The notes beneath the pieces are model-generated. The model saw only the letters and a list, made by a program, of their open reading frames with translations, did no database searches and was not told where the DNA came from. A stretch of 63,705 nucleotides of DNA, counting the filler, from Callorhinchus milii (taxonomy: Eukaryota): assembly GCF_018977255.1 (NCBI RefSeq). It is 3 parts of 3 records of this genome, joined end to end, with 100 filler letters (N's around TTAATTAATTAA, not from the genome) between each part and the next. Parts side by side here need not be neighbours in the genome. Positions count along the whole stretch, not along the records: positions 57,258 to 63,705 come from NW_024705135.1; 2 more parts are not named here. The stretch is one strand, 5' to 3'. The position numbers were made by a program, and so were the translations under genes. Positions 63,586-63,705 of this stretch are shown here, piece after piece (the first letter of the stretch is position 1; every line of letters starts with the position of its first letter).

Positions 63586-63705
63586 GTGAGTGTCTCTCTC
63601 TCTCTCTCCTCTCACCCTCCTTTCCTCTCTCGCTCTCTCTCTCTCACTCCTCTCCTCTCTCTCTCTCTCTCACTCCTCTCCCTCTCCTCTCGCTCGCTCT
63701 CTCTC

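Overview
Eukaryotic window made of three unrelated contigs joined by artificial 100-bp spacers (N44-TTAATTAATTAA-N44 at 31796-31895 and 57158-57257). Contigs 2 and 3 look like a cartilaginous fish, probably a chimaera; this is inferred from the L2/CR1 LINEs, the L2-tailed SINE, GPR139-like paralogs and a NAR-type V exon. Contig 1 (1-31795) opens with ~7 kb of featureless, random-looking DNA that may be shuffled or artefactual. Next is a ~14.5 kb tandem array of 164/~199-bp monomers directly downstream of a minus-strand 45S rDNA unit (partial 18S, ITS1, 5.8S, ITS2, 28S). The 28S is interrupted at the canonical site by a full-length 4.24-kb clade-A R2 retrotransposon (3 zinc fingers, Myb, RT, RLE). 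The R2 has an HDV-like 5' ribozyme that uses 28S sequence and a 3'-UTR pseudoknot, and its ORF is broken only by 1-nt deletions in short runs. The rRNA sequence departs from the vertebrate consensus at conserved positions. Contig 2 (31896-57157) holds a ~380-codon fossil ORF of unknown origin, two GPR139/142-like pseudogenes, three tRNA genes, a VNAR/NAR-TCR-like V pseudo-exon, and L2/CR1/SINE repeats. Contig 3 (57258-63705) holds the last three exons of SYMPK, with a large octapeptide-repeat insertion, then a (GACT/GATT)n microsatellite, a CRE and X-box promoter, and the first two exons of an RSPH4A/RSPH6A gene.
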